From: Bugula neritina
Taxonomy: Eukaryota; Animalia; Bryozoa
Length of the DNA: 64,000 nt
Direction of reading: 5' to 3'
NCBI GenBank assembly: GCA_964035545.1
Contig: OZ037769.1
Span: forward strand, 5,375,929-5,439,928
Each line of letters opens with the position of its first letter. Positions within the stretch are counted from its first letter, which is position 1. This document shows positions 21,101 through 27,800 of the stretch, piece by piece. Under the pieces are notes generated by a model. It saw only the letters and a program-made list of their open reading frames with translations, was not told the origin of the DNA and did no database searches. The position numbers and the translations under genes were made by a program.

Positions 21101-24100
21101 TCTCTTTCAGCTGCGGCTCAAGTAAGTTCTGGAGAAGAAGACTAGTTGCATCAGAACCGTAGCCCACAGTGGCAAAATCCCAGTTCAACTCTACCACCAA
21201 GTTTGCTATTTTCTGTAGTTATAAGAAACAGTGAAATTAACAAAATTTAATTTTAATAACTCTACTATAAGATATAGCTAGTGGTCTTGCGAAACTCGTA
21301 CAAAATATAATTAGAATTGTAAATATTTTTCTAAATGCACATTACAAATATAATAGGCAGTTAAGTGGTGATATTAGGCTTTGTTTTCTCACCAAAATCT
21401 TTTTTCAAATAATACAAACAGAAACGAATTTAGAAATTATTTTATTTCACAAACTCTTACTGCTTATTCACCCAGTTTACTTAACAGCTCTTGTTGAATA
21501 TTAAACTTTTGAACTGTAAGCCTTTCTTGACGTAATAGGTCTTGTGCAGATGATATAAAATTTCCAACTATGTACGGTAGTCTCAGTTTTAACTGCCAAA
21601 ATTATAATTGTTGGTTACGGAATCTTTTTAGTACTATTTTTTCAGAATCTAGGACTTATGATGTTGTAAATAGTTGTAAATCAGTGCAGCACAGAACTTG
21701 AAGAATAAAGAGTAAACTTGCTTGTATGTGAACAATTGTATTTTTAATGCACATGAATAATGTATGCACATAATAAATTATTGGTGTCATGATTGATAAA
21801 ATTCATATGCTCTATGAATAAGCCCATCACTTTTGGCAACTGTTATATGTTGCAATGCTCTAGGGCTATGGGGCAAGAGCTACAGCTTATTCTATGGTAC
21901 AATGTTCATTTAAAACCTGTAGGTACAAAGTATATTTCTTTATAGGAAGAGTTGTCTTATCATTTAACTTGACTAAATTATTATTCCATAGTGACGATAG
22001 TATAATTTATAATATCCTATAGCTAGAAATAAATCCATAAACTTTTTGTACTACGCAGACTTTGTGTGATGTTTCAATAAGCAATAGCTAGAACTTTATC
22101 AATTTAACAATTCAATAGTCCGTATATAGGTCATTTAGAAACTAGATGTATACTAGTTAAAACCAATAATAACTAAATAAAACAGCAAAATTCTTTGAAG
22201 GCTATCAGCTAAAAAAAGCAACTGGCATGTGTCAACAGGTGACTTGATTCTCACTCTACTCTAATTGTACATGTATGCAGTTTATTCCCTTCATTATCTA
22301 TGAATTGGCAAGATTATACACCTACACTATCCTATTGGCTGCTACATCCTTGCTGTGTGTTGTTTGTACTTTATGACTCATAACTTAAATCTAATTATGC
22401 AAGTGTTGCAGTGCAATATAATATAAGATAATATTTTTTAGATTTTTGCTTAAAATAGTCATATGATATGTTTTGTGAAATTTAATTCTATATGTCTAGA
22501 TCTAAGCATAAAATCATATTGTATGTAGTTTTACATTTTTTTTAAATTATTGCTAGTATTTTCAGTAAAAAATTTCTTAAAGGAAATAAGTAACAGCTGC
22601 TCAGTATTCAGAAATTTGTCATAATTATCTCATTGAAACACTGAAGTATATAATAACTGAAATAGAAAGAATTTGTTTTTTAAAGTTGGAATCATCTTAC
22701 CTTTGCTCTCTGTTCCAGATTCCTGCTACCATAATATACATTATCAGGGATTGGTTCTGTAGGACCCACCATAGTGTCACCAAAATACATCAGAGGAAGG
22801 TTTGTCTCTGCTAGTATGTCTTCCAGGTTCAGCACTTCACGGTTCTTCATTATTACACCTTTACATTTAGTAAAATAGCTGTCACCACAAATGAATGCAA
22901 GTGTTTTTGATTAGAGCTACTTTTTTGTAAATATCTTGCTCTCTTAATGAAGGGATCAAGAGTACTAAACTTTACTATTTACTGTTTATTGCAGAGAATA
23001 TTTAGCTATCTAATGTTTGTTAACAATAAGGTCAACTATTTGAAAATTATGAAGCAATACAAAAACTATCAAATGTGTAAAGGCATACCAATATTTATGC
23101 TGTTAAAAATATTTCTATAATATTATCCAAATTGTTATTTTTATTTGTTACAACTACTTGCTTATTAAATGCATCAGACTTTTACATTGGTTTTTGATTT
23201 GTATGACTAATAAATTACATTCATGAGCTTTTTTTTAAAAAAAGCTATGTAACTTTGGACCAATTAAATGCTTCTATGTATCTATTTTCTTGCCACAGCT
23301 TTTAAATCAGAGCTCAGCCAAATAATTTTTTATTTGAAAACATTTTGAAAACTCTGGGTTGCCAGGTCTTCAATAAAATTAACAAATTGCTTTTAAAAAT
23401 CTTGTAAAAACACTATAACTCTAAATTCAATGCCATTAGTCCACAGTCAGCTACTTTAAAAACTTATTGAAAATGCAACAAACAAAGCCATAAAAAAGTA
23501 TTAAATTATTATATTATAGCACCTTCAGTCAGTAGTGTTGGATTTAAATAAATGCAGTTATTGTCACAAAGCATCATTATTAACTTTGATTACAACAGTG
23601 AAAATTGTATTTATTATTTGTAGAATATTTGTCTAAACTACTAACCAATGAGCTGGCTATCTATCTCTGCAACCTTTCCATCACAGCTGCATACTTGTTG
23701 AGTTAGTTGCTTCGTAATTTCCATGATAGCTTTAATCTTTGACATTGGTTCTGACTCGCACACAGATATTACCTGCAAACCTGAATTCACACCCAAATAT
23801 TACCTGCAGATCTAAAATTTGGCTATTTACTTATTAAATGTTTCAACATAATATTTGAAACTCATTAGGAAAAACTTTTGGCATCCATAAAATTTATTAT
23901 ATTACTTATCATGCAATAGTGTAATTTCAAAGTGTATAAAGCTTAATTATTATATACTTATAGATGTAAAGATGTTAAACAGAATATCTTCAAGGTACAA
24001 GTTCTTGAGCTTTGTGGAAACGCTAGTATTATGAAGTATTTTAATTTTATGGTTATAGTCCAAAACTCATAATGTAGGTGGTAATCATTTAGCAAATTGT

Positions 24101-24330
24101 CTTTTAAACTTATTTGTTATTGAAACTTTAAAATAATTTTTTTATGTTGGGATATATTATTTCAACATTGTATAGCTTAATAATAAGCATGATTTACTCA
24201 CCCAGTGTTAGATTATTTCGTTTAATATTAATATCCTTAACAATTTCACTGGCCTTGGAAGTTATTGGAGATGTTTTATTTCTGCATTCTTCTTGTTCAT
24301 TACTGACAAGCAGTACATGAACACGAGAGC
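177..24330 (-). CDS. Host multi-exon receptor with two tandem Venus-flytrap (ANF-receptor/mGluR-like) domains and a TM helix; partial (continues left of the window; first exon not found)
   Basis: Phase-consistent GT-AG exons read by eye: 24202-24330, 23646-23780, 22701-22858, 20969-21212, 20108-20490, 19344-19544, 3961-4237, 3218-3451, 2737-2904, 1463-1633, 177-1011. Class-C/VFT motifs: NNLTLG..SVC, LNWDF, PGDYILIVTMPIHA-SFNFTTC..RAEAAIFA, FGMLIFDTC, IVGIIG, QVSYSGS..LDDKKKYPNILR, NQWF..C. TM segment VMILSVGSATLTAGLLVVVIVLII followed by KTRQRQ. Confidence 0.75.
2100..2590. repeat. Degenerate (ATATT)n pentanucleotide low-complexity tracts
   Basis: Runs of tattatattatatt at about 2100-2220 and 2410-2590. 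Confidence 0.8.
2946..3134 (+). mobile_element. tRNA-derived SINE copy
   Basis: Head GTGGTCTAGGGGTT (A-box like), core CATCCAGTCATAATTGCTCC, tail CAGGGATGGTGAC.ATAAACTT, shared with 7 other copies in the window. Confidence 0.75.
4461..4466. repeat. Left target-site duplication CGTAAG
   Basis: Identical hexamer at 19023-19028; 6-bp TSDs are typical of Polinton/Maverick integrases. Confidence 0.92.
4467..4567. other. 101-nt imperfect terminal hairpin (left)
   Basis: 4467-4484 pairs with 4550-4567, 4485-4496 with 4537-4548, 4497-4500 with 4532-4535; apex GAGTC-TTC-GACTC (4510-4522). Confidence 0.92.
4655..4691 (-). terminator. AT-rich hairpin just 3' of the left-arm gene block (putative 3'-end/polyadenylation signal)
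   Basis: AATAAATTATTATA-N9-TATAATAATTTATT, a perfect 14-bp stem 11 nt past the stop at 4703; mirrored at 18798-18834. Function inferred. Confidence 0.5.
4703..5482 (-). CDS. Putative fibre/spike protein with five ~40-aa repeats
   Basis: GTLDMGENKI..V..P...QDVATKKYVD motif typical of trimeric phage-fibre/adhesin stalks; repeats of KL(T/V)xST..GN(I/V).DS.L..SD(V/I)(V/I)T..NINN(F/Y)A with 120-bp DNA periodicity (4921 vs 5041); N-terminal MSVYKFG. Confidence 0.7.
   Translation of the reverse strand: MSVYKFGGSGRISSINTKKFVLINGSSTLTGTLDMGENKISRVINPADDQDVATKKYVDDTSMPKILHPINQLTISTDDGRVIDSDLKVDDVVTKTNISNYAVPLIRDPSEKLTVSTNTGNIVDSNLSVSDVVTTSNINNFAINKIQPANEKLTVSTTSGNVADSSLSVSDIITTSNINNFAMNKIQPIIGGKLLMLSSDGNIVETNINISDLITINNINNYAIPKLQGAVGNKLVISTNDGGITESTESLPIFSSYNV
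5479..5958 (-). CDS. MSVYKFG-tag paralogue A (159 aa), unknown function
   Basis: Shares VDKPIE, LYWKDKKL, KPNDII, LPF..LKLYY motifs with ORFs 17533-18060 and 18057-18578. Confidence 0.8.
   Translation of the reverse strand: MSVYKFGKSLKKDNFIERVVTKNNEFLIQSTNTTINIAMLLGYIVDKPIELAYALLELQHLPINDNNSLYWKDKKLTLVIGNINGPIRHESKEYIIRGGVASIKIPMLEYIEADKNIGLVLECSSDYTSRKPNDIIVNDGAPITLPFELASLKLYYDYK
5962..6720 (-). CDS. A32/FtsK-like genome packaging ATPase
   Basis: Walker A GKSGCGKT, Walker B LIIFDD, RGRH arginine-finger motif, downstream LSQ motif. Confidence 0.93.
   Translation of the reverse strand: MEIENLSWKNEINRNNNPLLPKSIRGLIVGKSGCGKTTLLCNLLLQPNWLDYDKLMIYGKSLSQPEYINMRKAFERKLTKEEILNFFKNSDAIINSGINVNRVLKNSRGNGNIDAEFIESSDDIYDPSELDVNNKNLIIFDDLMLEKQKTCESYYVRGRHNNVDCFYLSQNYFKLPRNTIRENANFICLFPQDGKNLNHIYQDHVNGDLTLNEFKNFCYKGWQKPHGFITLDLSSSKNNGRYRHGLDEFYIP
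6718..6735. promoter_or_regulatory. Perfect 18-bp palindrome CATTTATTATAATAAATG containing both divergent start codons
   Basis: The ATPase ATG (6720, -) and integrase ATG (6733, +) form the two ends of the palindrome; each strand reads TTATAATAAATG. Confidence 0.7.
6733..8097 (+). CDS. Zn-ribbon + parvovirus VP1u-like PLA2 + retroviral-type (RVE) integrase + chromodomain fusion
   Basis: CCKC...CGQC; HNFLGPG...D..A.RHDVCY...CD (PLA2); DDE triad WAADLVD / LWVDKGKEF / VVERWNRT; C-terminal YRIERVI..ALVKWLGYPDSQNSWV. Confidence 0.92.
   Translation: MYCCKCKIKTKTLNYKKRVSKNNRLMGYGNCGQCGCKKTTFVGLGLTNNLINNLPFELHYPGHNFLGPGTKLNKCLNDDMTPKEWSKPVDRDDAIAMRHDVCYALNKDTKTRNEICDKNMLDELKAIPNPTPAEQRHSRFASAIIGAKKRLGWGWTNELAEELHKPVQKKFRKRRVWVSGIDNIWAADLVDMTEFAKFNNGYKYLLTVIDVFSKYGWIIPLKNKTGKATALALKTILTRRKPQHLWVDKGKEFYNKDVKSLIDLYSTENEEKSSVVERWNRTMKERMFKYFSANNTYKYIDVLKDLVKRYNETKHSSIGMTPIEASNPSNENKVRVKLYPNLPAPSKPKFAIGDRVRIPRKKRTFEKGYTVRWTEEVFTISKILYTNPTTYKLTDSGGEEIQGSFYEQELQKTSQEMYRIERVIKKKGKKALVKWLGYPDSQNSWVDLNVLERL
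8098..8320. repeat. Internal array of GTG(G/A)ACACAAA motifs in direct and inverted orientation
   Basis: About 9 direct and 3 inverted (TTTGTGTCC) copies; 31-bp unit GTGAACACAAACACATTTGTGTCCATAAAAA tandemly repeated from 8098. Confidence 0.9.
8333..9139 (+). CDS. Conserved Polinton protein (268 aa) with C-terminal helical DPNxLVERLxLL domain
   Basis: YLATRGLLSLL...DLANYANIL and GDGVVYLSSDPNALVERLELLISSAKAGN...NEIVSILDEL motifs recognised from Mavericks. Confidence 0.75.
   Translation: MSYLKIHDPIKRDKTVQDFISRKNKLKENFKRERERELNAAMAQEKYFEPVTTSQAQTTDALKQLLILPNYNIQPAITDGVINLDEYTQNALAGLEPGAYNVKWDGNKHVIGTKPISFNDGKIIFENEEYLATRGLLSLLTRKTPIGYDDNDLANYANILDNSGAIYQSKHGPIDKNSEKWKNIVRPIWEQLYPQRAKLADSKKAKRQVGDGVVYLSSDPNALVERLELLISSAKAGNTGVRNEIVSILDELLRMKIITRDYYKSILV
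9143..9454 (+). CDS. Small basic virion core/membrane-active-like protein (103 aa)
   Basis: Lys-rich; GGG followed by amphipathic IFDTIRNVVTKIA; LKGSG protease-type site; directly upstream of MCP. Confidence 0.6.
   Translation: MYVYDKKQRLQKHYAGGGIFDTIRNVVTKIASNSSVRELGKKAIAKAGTAAGEKIVNAIKKRRQKKLNAKSQAILQKLSLAKDVLNNSNISNILKGSGQAIAY
9476..10750 (+). CDS. Double-jelly-roll major capsid protein
   Basis: 424 aa, beta-rich; EIRIVINQQDLY..PSKSYL.IEG, LTNNGMAYLF..IRY.LDG..LE..NNPG..STM.G, EKPKYIIIGFQ, FDH.NV, LNSERYP, LFVIDVSKQ. Confidence 0.9.
   Translation: MDSLNITQKIVLDTSVERDQVHEYEPVTGTNLDNPGEIRIVINQQDLYVQPSKSYLIIEGRLTKADGTAYADADLVTLTNNGMAYLFKSIRYQLDGHDLEYINNPGHASTMMGLLTYPDDYGKSRGLNQLWSKDTTAAAAAANLGFNARQIYIIQKPDPKGTFSIKVDLRHLFGFADDYEKVLYGIKHQLTLVRDTNDNAIYRANGVDAGKITLDKVSWWMPHVTPSFEMKHKLYKIIESKAQLPLIYRSRWCDSIAVPQTTNFTWRLGSRGDTEKPKYIIIGFQTGKNESQTTNPAIFDHVNVKSIYAMLNSERYPEVDYDINFAKMKFSRVYGDASKFCGEYYGINELIAYSNVLPSEYKDLYALFVIDVSKQSEALKSSVADIQLRVQFSQNVPANTQAYALILSDKTMSLSSDGNNLKVI
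10751..11509 (+). CDS. Minor capsid (penton) protein
   Basis: PPIEL..YEM.L..L.T..SFPNI, SLRDVLGF, VDCINGSY.DG..VIYSFFP.V.PGYKIIE.P.NLIYLPV, DQKGNLLDL.GE.LSIRFHL; follows MCP. Confidence 0.85.
   Translation: MENKLLREIADNTASKQTMTIGVTDTKTRIITQLNPPIELNKNKKYEMCLISLDTFYSFPNISTNRNSYRWSKDGGTTWHLVLLPVGVYELDQLEEAIQDEIVKEGGNRNGITLQANKVTFRIILKLKPNYQIDFNVENSLRDVLGFDAAIYNQPYIEATNIVNILNINAIHVQVDCINGSYIDGTYKPVIYSFFPSVSPGYKIIEKPHNLIYLPVHVKYIKTLTVTVTDQKGNLLDLSGEQLSIRFHLREV
11522..12091 (+). CDS. Core/cement-like precursor protein with adenovirus pX-like GGFL segment
   Basis: MSGGFLGALLG.. hydrophobic stretch plus IKGKG, MKGNG and IKGEG adenain-consensus sites. Confidence 0.65.
   Translation: MGYCEIIGNVPQAQKQKIMNAYRSGKGCVIKLPLESGNDKLVVTKTQNDNILKALNANKKNITLEMSPSLVKTNASMSGGFLGALLGIATKVIPTLLKTIIPGVLSGAASAGVERAIKGKGLYLKKGGCVCSVEPNSNGSITLKPVASSNLMKGNGLYLKQGSSYIKGEGLILGPNSPFKNIPLLGMLL
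12086..12114 (+). promoter_or_regulatory. Extended promoter-like motif TTATAGTTTAAGAAAACATATATAAATG
   Basis: Repeated (28/29 nt) at 12515-12543; related version at 13448-13480 before pPolB. Confidence 0.55.
12111..12503 (+). CDS. Hypothetical protein (130 aa) with internal duplication
   Basis: TAAATG start; VITYKSLDG....TIYKTSE is repeated as EIIYKDDDG....TIYKTKE. Confidence 0.7.
   Translation: MSTVITYKSLDGTPITETIYKTSEYEKRMYESGDLKEIIIYKNFNILDEMNNPSNERGLLEERVYTNKREIIYKDDDGKLKIKTIYKTKEIIQELNVGLMNYAAARISSFFTKLKYAEDEIEKRRNDALH
12540..12640 (+). ncRNA. Candidate structured small non-coding RNA
   Basis: Follows the duplicated promoter motif but encodes only M-C-V-stop; hairpins at 12541-12560, 12561-12590 and 12592-12600; ends in CCCTTTTTT. 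Confidence 0.35.
12633..12669. terminator. Hairpin at the convergence of the + block and the 12662-13141 gene
   Basis: TTAATTAATTGCA-TTT-TGCAAGTAATTAA (13-bp stem, 1 mismatch) overlapping the stop codon at 12662-12664. Confidence 0.5.
12662..13141 (-). CDS. Two-TM membrane protein with coiled-coil flanks (159 aa)
   Basis: Hydrophobic segments IISGLCGTMNLICGVIITALI and LLPLSIIVSIMSVITTSI; C-terminal LNDSHIDEREY; TAAATG start. Confidence 0.75.
   Translation of the reverse strand: MDFRREKLELLNDEIIKLENEYEQKLNRFNWLLKSLKIISGLCGTMNLICGVIITALINANVTKQTLLPLSIIVSIMSVITTSISSQDTKLIKSTLMYLDIYTFIKDSKLEINSMLSKFLNDSHIDEREYDAITKKYKNINNVISDKKSDIIIARNNVC
13154..13420 (+). CDS. Hypothetical basic protein (start may be the ATG at 13184)
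   Basis: Fills the gap between divergent genes and is followed by a hairpin; the only ORF without a TAAATG start. Confidence 0.55.
   Translation: MIFIITLFYNMELTIELLDTLIAQAKQKKYIPLPEHTFMRLTDYSTLNINSVSNEDRNKLFKHFNKSLTSRRKVTKLKAQINKILEDV
13416..13452. terminator. Hairpin at the stop of ORF 13154-13420, containing AAAATTGA in its 3' arm
   Basis: TATAAAACCAATTTTTT-ATT-AAAAAATTGATTTTATA (17-bp stem, 1 mismatch); AAAATTGA at 13438-13445. Confidence 0.5.
13478..17134 (+). CDS. Protein-primed family B DNA polymerase (pPolB) with N-terminal HeH-like, putative TP/vOTU region, Zn finger and endonuclease VII-like insertion
   Basis: ExoI VVYADFE, ExoII HNLSGYDAHL, ExoIII YHDLYMKVDV, Pol motifs YLDANNLYG, KLMNNSVFGKT, FTDTDS; CHIC..RDHCHLT..YRGAAH..CN insertion; LKALAKERGLKRYSRLKKAELI; NKCFMWA...SHY. 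Confidence 0.96.
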   Translation: MEFNTKITVKALKALAKERGLKRYSRLKKAELIRLLSPMDEPVPNIGQAPLIPIPVKKIMREIFTQTTRNIKKWVKGIVKPIAKIVNPIKDKIMALYNQPKLKEQAAKGWFQTYEIKGLPKYDIDSFSKLVKLNVIELLKPTIKVKIFMYCEMEKINVRTGETIVEIMPFTSNIETILESTNINEIYDEIIERIKENFASLNAKGSSWMFKAIKKMEININKYQPLNGSSWIDLPKEIKLKKAVINPKNEDNKCFMWAILMSVHTPKNHPERINNYKEYVNKFSWEGVEFPATKKSIDAFEEVNSDFGINVFTWDGKTINLWKKTKNQGKIINLFYISDDKKSHYAYIKNLNKLLGSQINKRVSAKHICVNCMNSFRSNESLKKHQDWCLTNDGITTVFPKLENKIKFQSSHHCRSMRVPFVVYADFECFTKPIQGCQPNSQESYTNQYQQHEPSGFGYYVVSVTGECEYKSYTKQNENENIGEKFMRSLEETIKNLYNKHKFPKPMEISASEQESFELAEICHICKEKLGNDRVRDHCHLTKNYRGAAHEHCNLNYKIPKFYPIFIHNLSGYDAHLFIKNLGGEPSCIPNTEEKYISFSKKLLVDEFTNNKGKKIKVTREIRFLDSYKFMSSSLASLVANLKCNDFKHLDEHFKGKRLDLVLRKGVFPYDYFNNVSVLDEKCLPPKEKFYSSLTESNISDEDYKHAQNVWKEFNIKTFREYHDLYMKVDVLQLADVFENFRNVCLEHYKLDPAWYYTAPGLSWDAMLKITKLELDPITNVNQLLFFEKAIRGGVSMISHRYAKANNKYMENYNASEPSSYITYLDANNLYGWAMSKNLPVGNFKWMTEKRCKELEKNKFFPPSFLEVDLEYSQKLHGSHKDYPFCPERLTVNKVEKLVPNLNNKKNYVIHYRALEQCLMYGLKLTKIHRGITFNESNKLEKYIKLNTELRTLAKSDFEKDFFKLMNNSVFGKTMENIRNRVDIKLVTSESEAKKLTNQPNFKNFTIFSENLIAVHMNVTKLKFNKPVYLGAAILDISKTLMYDFHYEYIRLKYGNKAQLLFTDTDSLMYHVQTEDFYKDILPDIENKFDTSNYPKNHKLLNNKNKKVIGMFKDEAGGKQITEFVGLRAKLYSYKMDGIEEKKCKGINKTTRNNRITFDDYKECLLTRRDQLRMMNVLRSHKHTMYAETINKVALSSEDDKRIILEDGITTVPYGYNK
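17131..17532 (+). CDS. Adenain-like (Ulp1-fold) cysteine maturation protease
   Basis: GILNLD...GTHW, YYFDSFG, VQ..and ICGHLC (His/Asp/Gln/Cys). Confidence 0.9.
   Translation: MNIKLENKALSNIELEFAIKKLKIPFFRGVFSRNDLPNIPRKKECGILNLDDLMGNGTHWIAWYKNGNKKYYFDSFGLHPPLEIMKYLKGPIFYNTERVQEFGTVICGHLCLYWLKEMSKHKTPQLIINKLLI
17533..18060 (+). CDS. MSVYKFG-tag paralogue B (175 aa)
   Basis: N-terminus MTSVYIFG; VDEPIEI, LYWTDKRI, YPSHKPSDVIL, LPF..VKLYYNYK. Confidence 0.8.
   Translation: MTSVYIFGNSAKANIINEKPYITDIIIPSKFTYYDGSSSEFGGTLIKDFLVDEPIEITNILIQFYGEQAHNTKELYWTDKRIGLQVRNSAEIFGVSDENTFYDISGSEHNLPFSEISVNKIIEANKNFSISMVLSKTYPSHKPSDVILTDTPASEITTAALPFHYVLVKLYYNYK
18057..18578 (+). CDS. MSVYKFG-tag paralogue C (173 aa)
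   Basis: N-terminus MNIYKFS; VNKSIEI, LYWTDKKL, YPSHKPNDVIL, LPF..LKLYYN. Confidence 0.8.
   Translation: MNIYKFSKVNITTNKAYITSIIPKHEFYYYEDINSFTVDLINDYLVNKSIEITHALIQFYNESSPNNKTKELYWTDKKLGLHIRNSVNPFDESKENIFYTISGAEHNVPYSKININKIVNANNNFSFTIALSNNYPSHKPNDVILVNTPSEDATNALPFNYVYLKLYYNSLTN
18585..19022. repeat. Right terminal inverted repeat (438 bp), ending in the 101-nt hairpin 18922-19022
   Basis: Reverse complement of 4467-4904. Confidence 0.93.
18592..18786 (+). pseudogene. TIR-borne 3' fragment of the fibre gene
   Basis: 64 aa identical to the C-terminus of ORF 4703-5482 except N>G and V>I; lacks a TAAATG start. Confidence 0.8.
19023..19028. repeat. Right target-site duplication CGTAAG
   Basis: Matches 4461-4466. 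Confidence 0.92.
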
Positions 24331-24609
24331 CTAAAGATATTGTCAAACAAGAATAGTTTAGTTTCATATAGAATAGTTTGGGGTGGACCTTACTACAGCC
24401 TTATATTACGTAAACTTTAGTTATGAACCCAGGAGCTTTATTGTTGAAATCATCGATCATGCATACAGGATGCTCTAAGGATAAACTTATGAAGTAGGGT
24501 TTGCTTGATGCATGAAAAAATTTTCAATATTTTTGACCAACAAAATCACATTCTTGGAGTTGTGTCCTTTCAAGTAGAACAAACTACTTATAAAAAAATA
24601 TTAGCACAA

Positions 24610-24808
24610 ATTTATAGTCACCATCCCTGTGAGAAACCTCTATTAAGAAAGGGTTTTTCGTTAAATCGAGCTAAGGACTTATTCAGATGGGGCATAGAAG
24701 CAATTATGACAGGATGCTCTTCCTAACATCACCAATGACCTCCACTGGAGTTCAAACCCATGACTTTGTGTTTAATAAGTAAATACTCTAACTTCTAGAC
24801 CACCACTG
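24610..24808 (-). mobile_element. tRNA-derived SINE copy
   Basis: Reverse complement of the SINE consensus (GGATGCTCTTCCTAACATCACCAATG, TTCAAACCC, CTAGACCAC). Confidence 0.8.
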
Positions 24809-27800
24809 TGTGTCAACAACTGCTTATCAACTGTGTTATTTGGAAGAAAACTTTCTATGTTACTTGTGAGGTATTGTAAAGTATAAGTTTATTGACAAGT
24901 TTAGGGCAATAAAGCAATGCAGAGCCTAACAAGTAAAAGTTTTAATTAGAATTTGGAGAGTGTTCAAACAAACTTTCCTTTGGAAAAGCGGATATGGAGC
25001 AATAAAGATAACTTAATACATAACAATATTTACATTTAATACTTCATCAGCTGCAATAAAACCAGTTGATTTACCTCTCTATTTGCTAAAGATAAATTCA
25101 GTACACTTATCAAGTCTGTTTTTCCATATGCTCTTTCTCAAGTGGACTGCTAACACTATATAGGTCATTTGACACATTTTACTGGGAATTTAGTCCTAAC
25201 CCTAAATTCCTATTGGCTGATTTTTGTCTGCAAACGTGTGAATGGGATAGCTCACGTGTTGGCAACACGTTTCTGCTGTGACACAAAAGCAGTTCTGATT
25301 GGACAAATTTCCTGACTGGATTTGACTCCAATTAACCACTTGCGATAGACTATCGTTTCCTGGTCATTATTTTACTTCTCATGCGCTATTCTGTAATTAG
25401 TGACCCACTTGTTACCCATTGGTTAATTTGTAATAAGTGACAGTGCTTAGTTTTAACTTAATTATTTTTAGCTGCAAGCTGCCTCATTTTGCAAAAACTT
25501 TACCAATCAAAAGTTATTTGCAACAGTTTGAATGCTTCTATTTTTAACATTTGGCAAACCACAAATGTTTATTTAAAAATCTAGTTACAGGTAGTTTAAC
25601 TCTTTGAAGCTGTTCTTAATAAATACTACTAGAAAGAATTAAAAAGAAAGAACTATATTTAAAAAAGCATATCTGCGTTAGCTTAAACTGCTTTAATTAA
25701 TGACACTGTTAGTTATTGCTGTTATCTCAGTTACCATAGCAACTTTTTTGCATTTTACTGACAAAGCAATTTATGCCAGCCCATAGGTAAAACTATTTTT
25801 TAAAACTTTTGTTTAATGCAAACCTATCCTGTTACTTACGAGTTTTAATAATTTTATATCTGTACACAAAATGGCAGTAATAAATAAGTTTTGGTAATAA
25901 GTAATTTGCAATGCAATAAATATATTATAGAAATGAGTGTTATAGGAAAAATGAAATATAATACAATTTAAAAAATGCCAAAAAAGTAGTTAAATAATGA
26001 ATTGAAAAATACGTTTTTACAAAAACTTTATTAATTTCATGGTTAAACCAGATATAAAACAGTAAATTATTGGCCATAAATTTCATAAGTTTTTAAAAAC
26101 AAGTTAAACATGTTGTCCTGGCTTTTCAACTGCTAGAGAAAAAATATGTTATTAATCTAAAAAACTAACTTTTATAATAATTTTGCTGTCTAGAGCAGCC
26201 GCATTAGTATGTCTATGCATTCATAAAATTGCTCAAATTATGTGTATTAATCCAACAGCATAATATTATTTTAGTTAACATTTTAAAATAAGTGCTTTAA
26301 TGTTTTTATGAAAAAAATGCTACTAGTAATATTTTCAATAAGCCAAAAACCCAGTTTTTGTACCGTATGCAATATTTGTTCATTTTATCTTACAAGTTTT
26401 AGTCTCTTTAGTTTTACTTTGAAAACCATATCCCTGCAAGGTGCTAGTGTGGTTTTTACACATTAATAATGCTATAATTTTTTCTCACCTATCTCCGCTT
26501 ATCGTCCCGTTCGAGTAGCAGGGTTAATAATGCTATAATGTTTGGTGCAAATAACAATAATTAGTTACTGTGCAAGCATGGCAAAGTGTATTAATGCTCG
26601 AAGAAAATTTACAAAACACTTACATAAGAGTACTGCTTTGGAAAGTTAAGTTTACTAAAGCTAGGTTCACTAAGGCTAAATTCTCTAAGGCTAAATTTTC
26701 TAAGGGTAATTTTACTTACTCTCATCTACATGGCACAAAGCTCCCTGGGCAGCAGTGAAAACTGACAGCAGATAGAATAGAATAGAGCAGCCTTTCATGC
26801 TGACATTAATTTGTAATTTTCAACCATGGATTGCAAGTCATGTGCAACTTTACACATCCTTATGAATAGTATGCATATTTACTTTAAATAACCATCTTTA
26901 TATGGTCCAACATACGAAGGTAACAGCTTATCATAGAACGTTTCAAAGGCAAAACAGCCTATCATGAAGCATGTTTCAAGTATGTGCACACAGACTAGAT
27001 AACATATAGTCAGTTATCTGAGCCAGCTGTTTATTAGAGCTTCTACTTGATAAGCTGACAGGTAATTGGCTTTTTTAATGTAATAACTTACAAAAGCACT
27101 TCTAAATTAATAATAACTTTTGAAGGGGTTTTATTTTATACCCACTCAAAATAATCTACCTTTTGTTACCAAACTAACCAGCAGTGCACTTAGTGTTTAT
27201 TGCCTCAAGCCAAACATAATCTTTAGTTATTTTATAATGAAGAAAAACCCTCATGATACAATAAATAAATAAATTATAGGTATACGCTAAAATTGGGTGT
27301 AATTGCATCACGTAAATTTTGTACATAATAGAACAAAGGCATTTGGTTAAAGTGACTTGAGGTAACAATCCGTGTCCTTCACCCAAACTAGGGGTTCATC
27401 TCGGGCAATTGTTATGAATTTCTAACAGTAAAGTATAAATGAAATTATAAAGCCACAAAGCAAGCTCCATTATAAGGGTAACAGTGTACCTAAATTATAA
27501 TGTCCATATAATTAGTTGGTGTTACTATGAAATACTGTCCAACTAATGCATGTCATTACACCAGCTTTTACTAAAATGTCAACCCTAATAATTACTTGTA
27601 CCTAAATATTTTCACCACCTAAACTTAAGCTATTCTCCCAGTTAGACCAGTCAACCTCTGTCCTCAAACAACAGAACATTTATACAAGCTGGTAGCTATA
27701 GTAGTGCTAACTATTCTCTCACAGCTATATAACTTGAAAGCATTCGATTAAACTGTGTTTTTATTTTATTGACAATGTGTAAGTACGATAGCTTCTTTAT

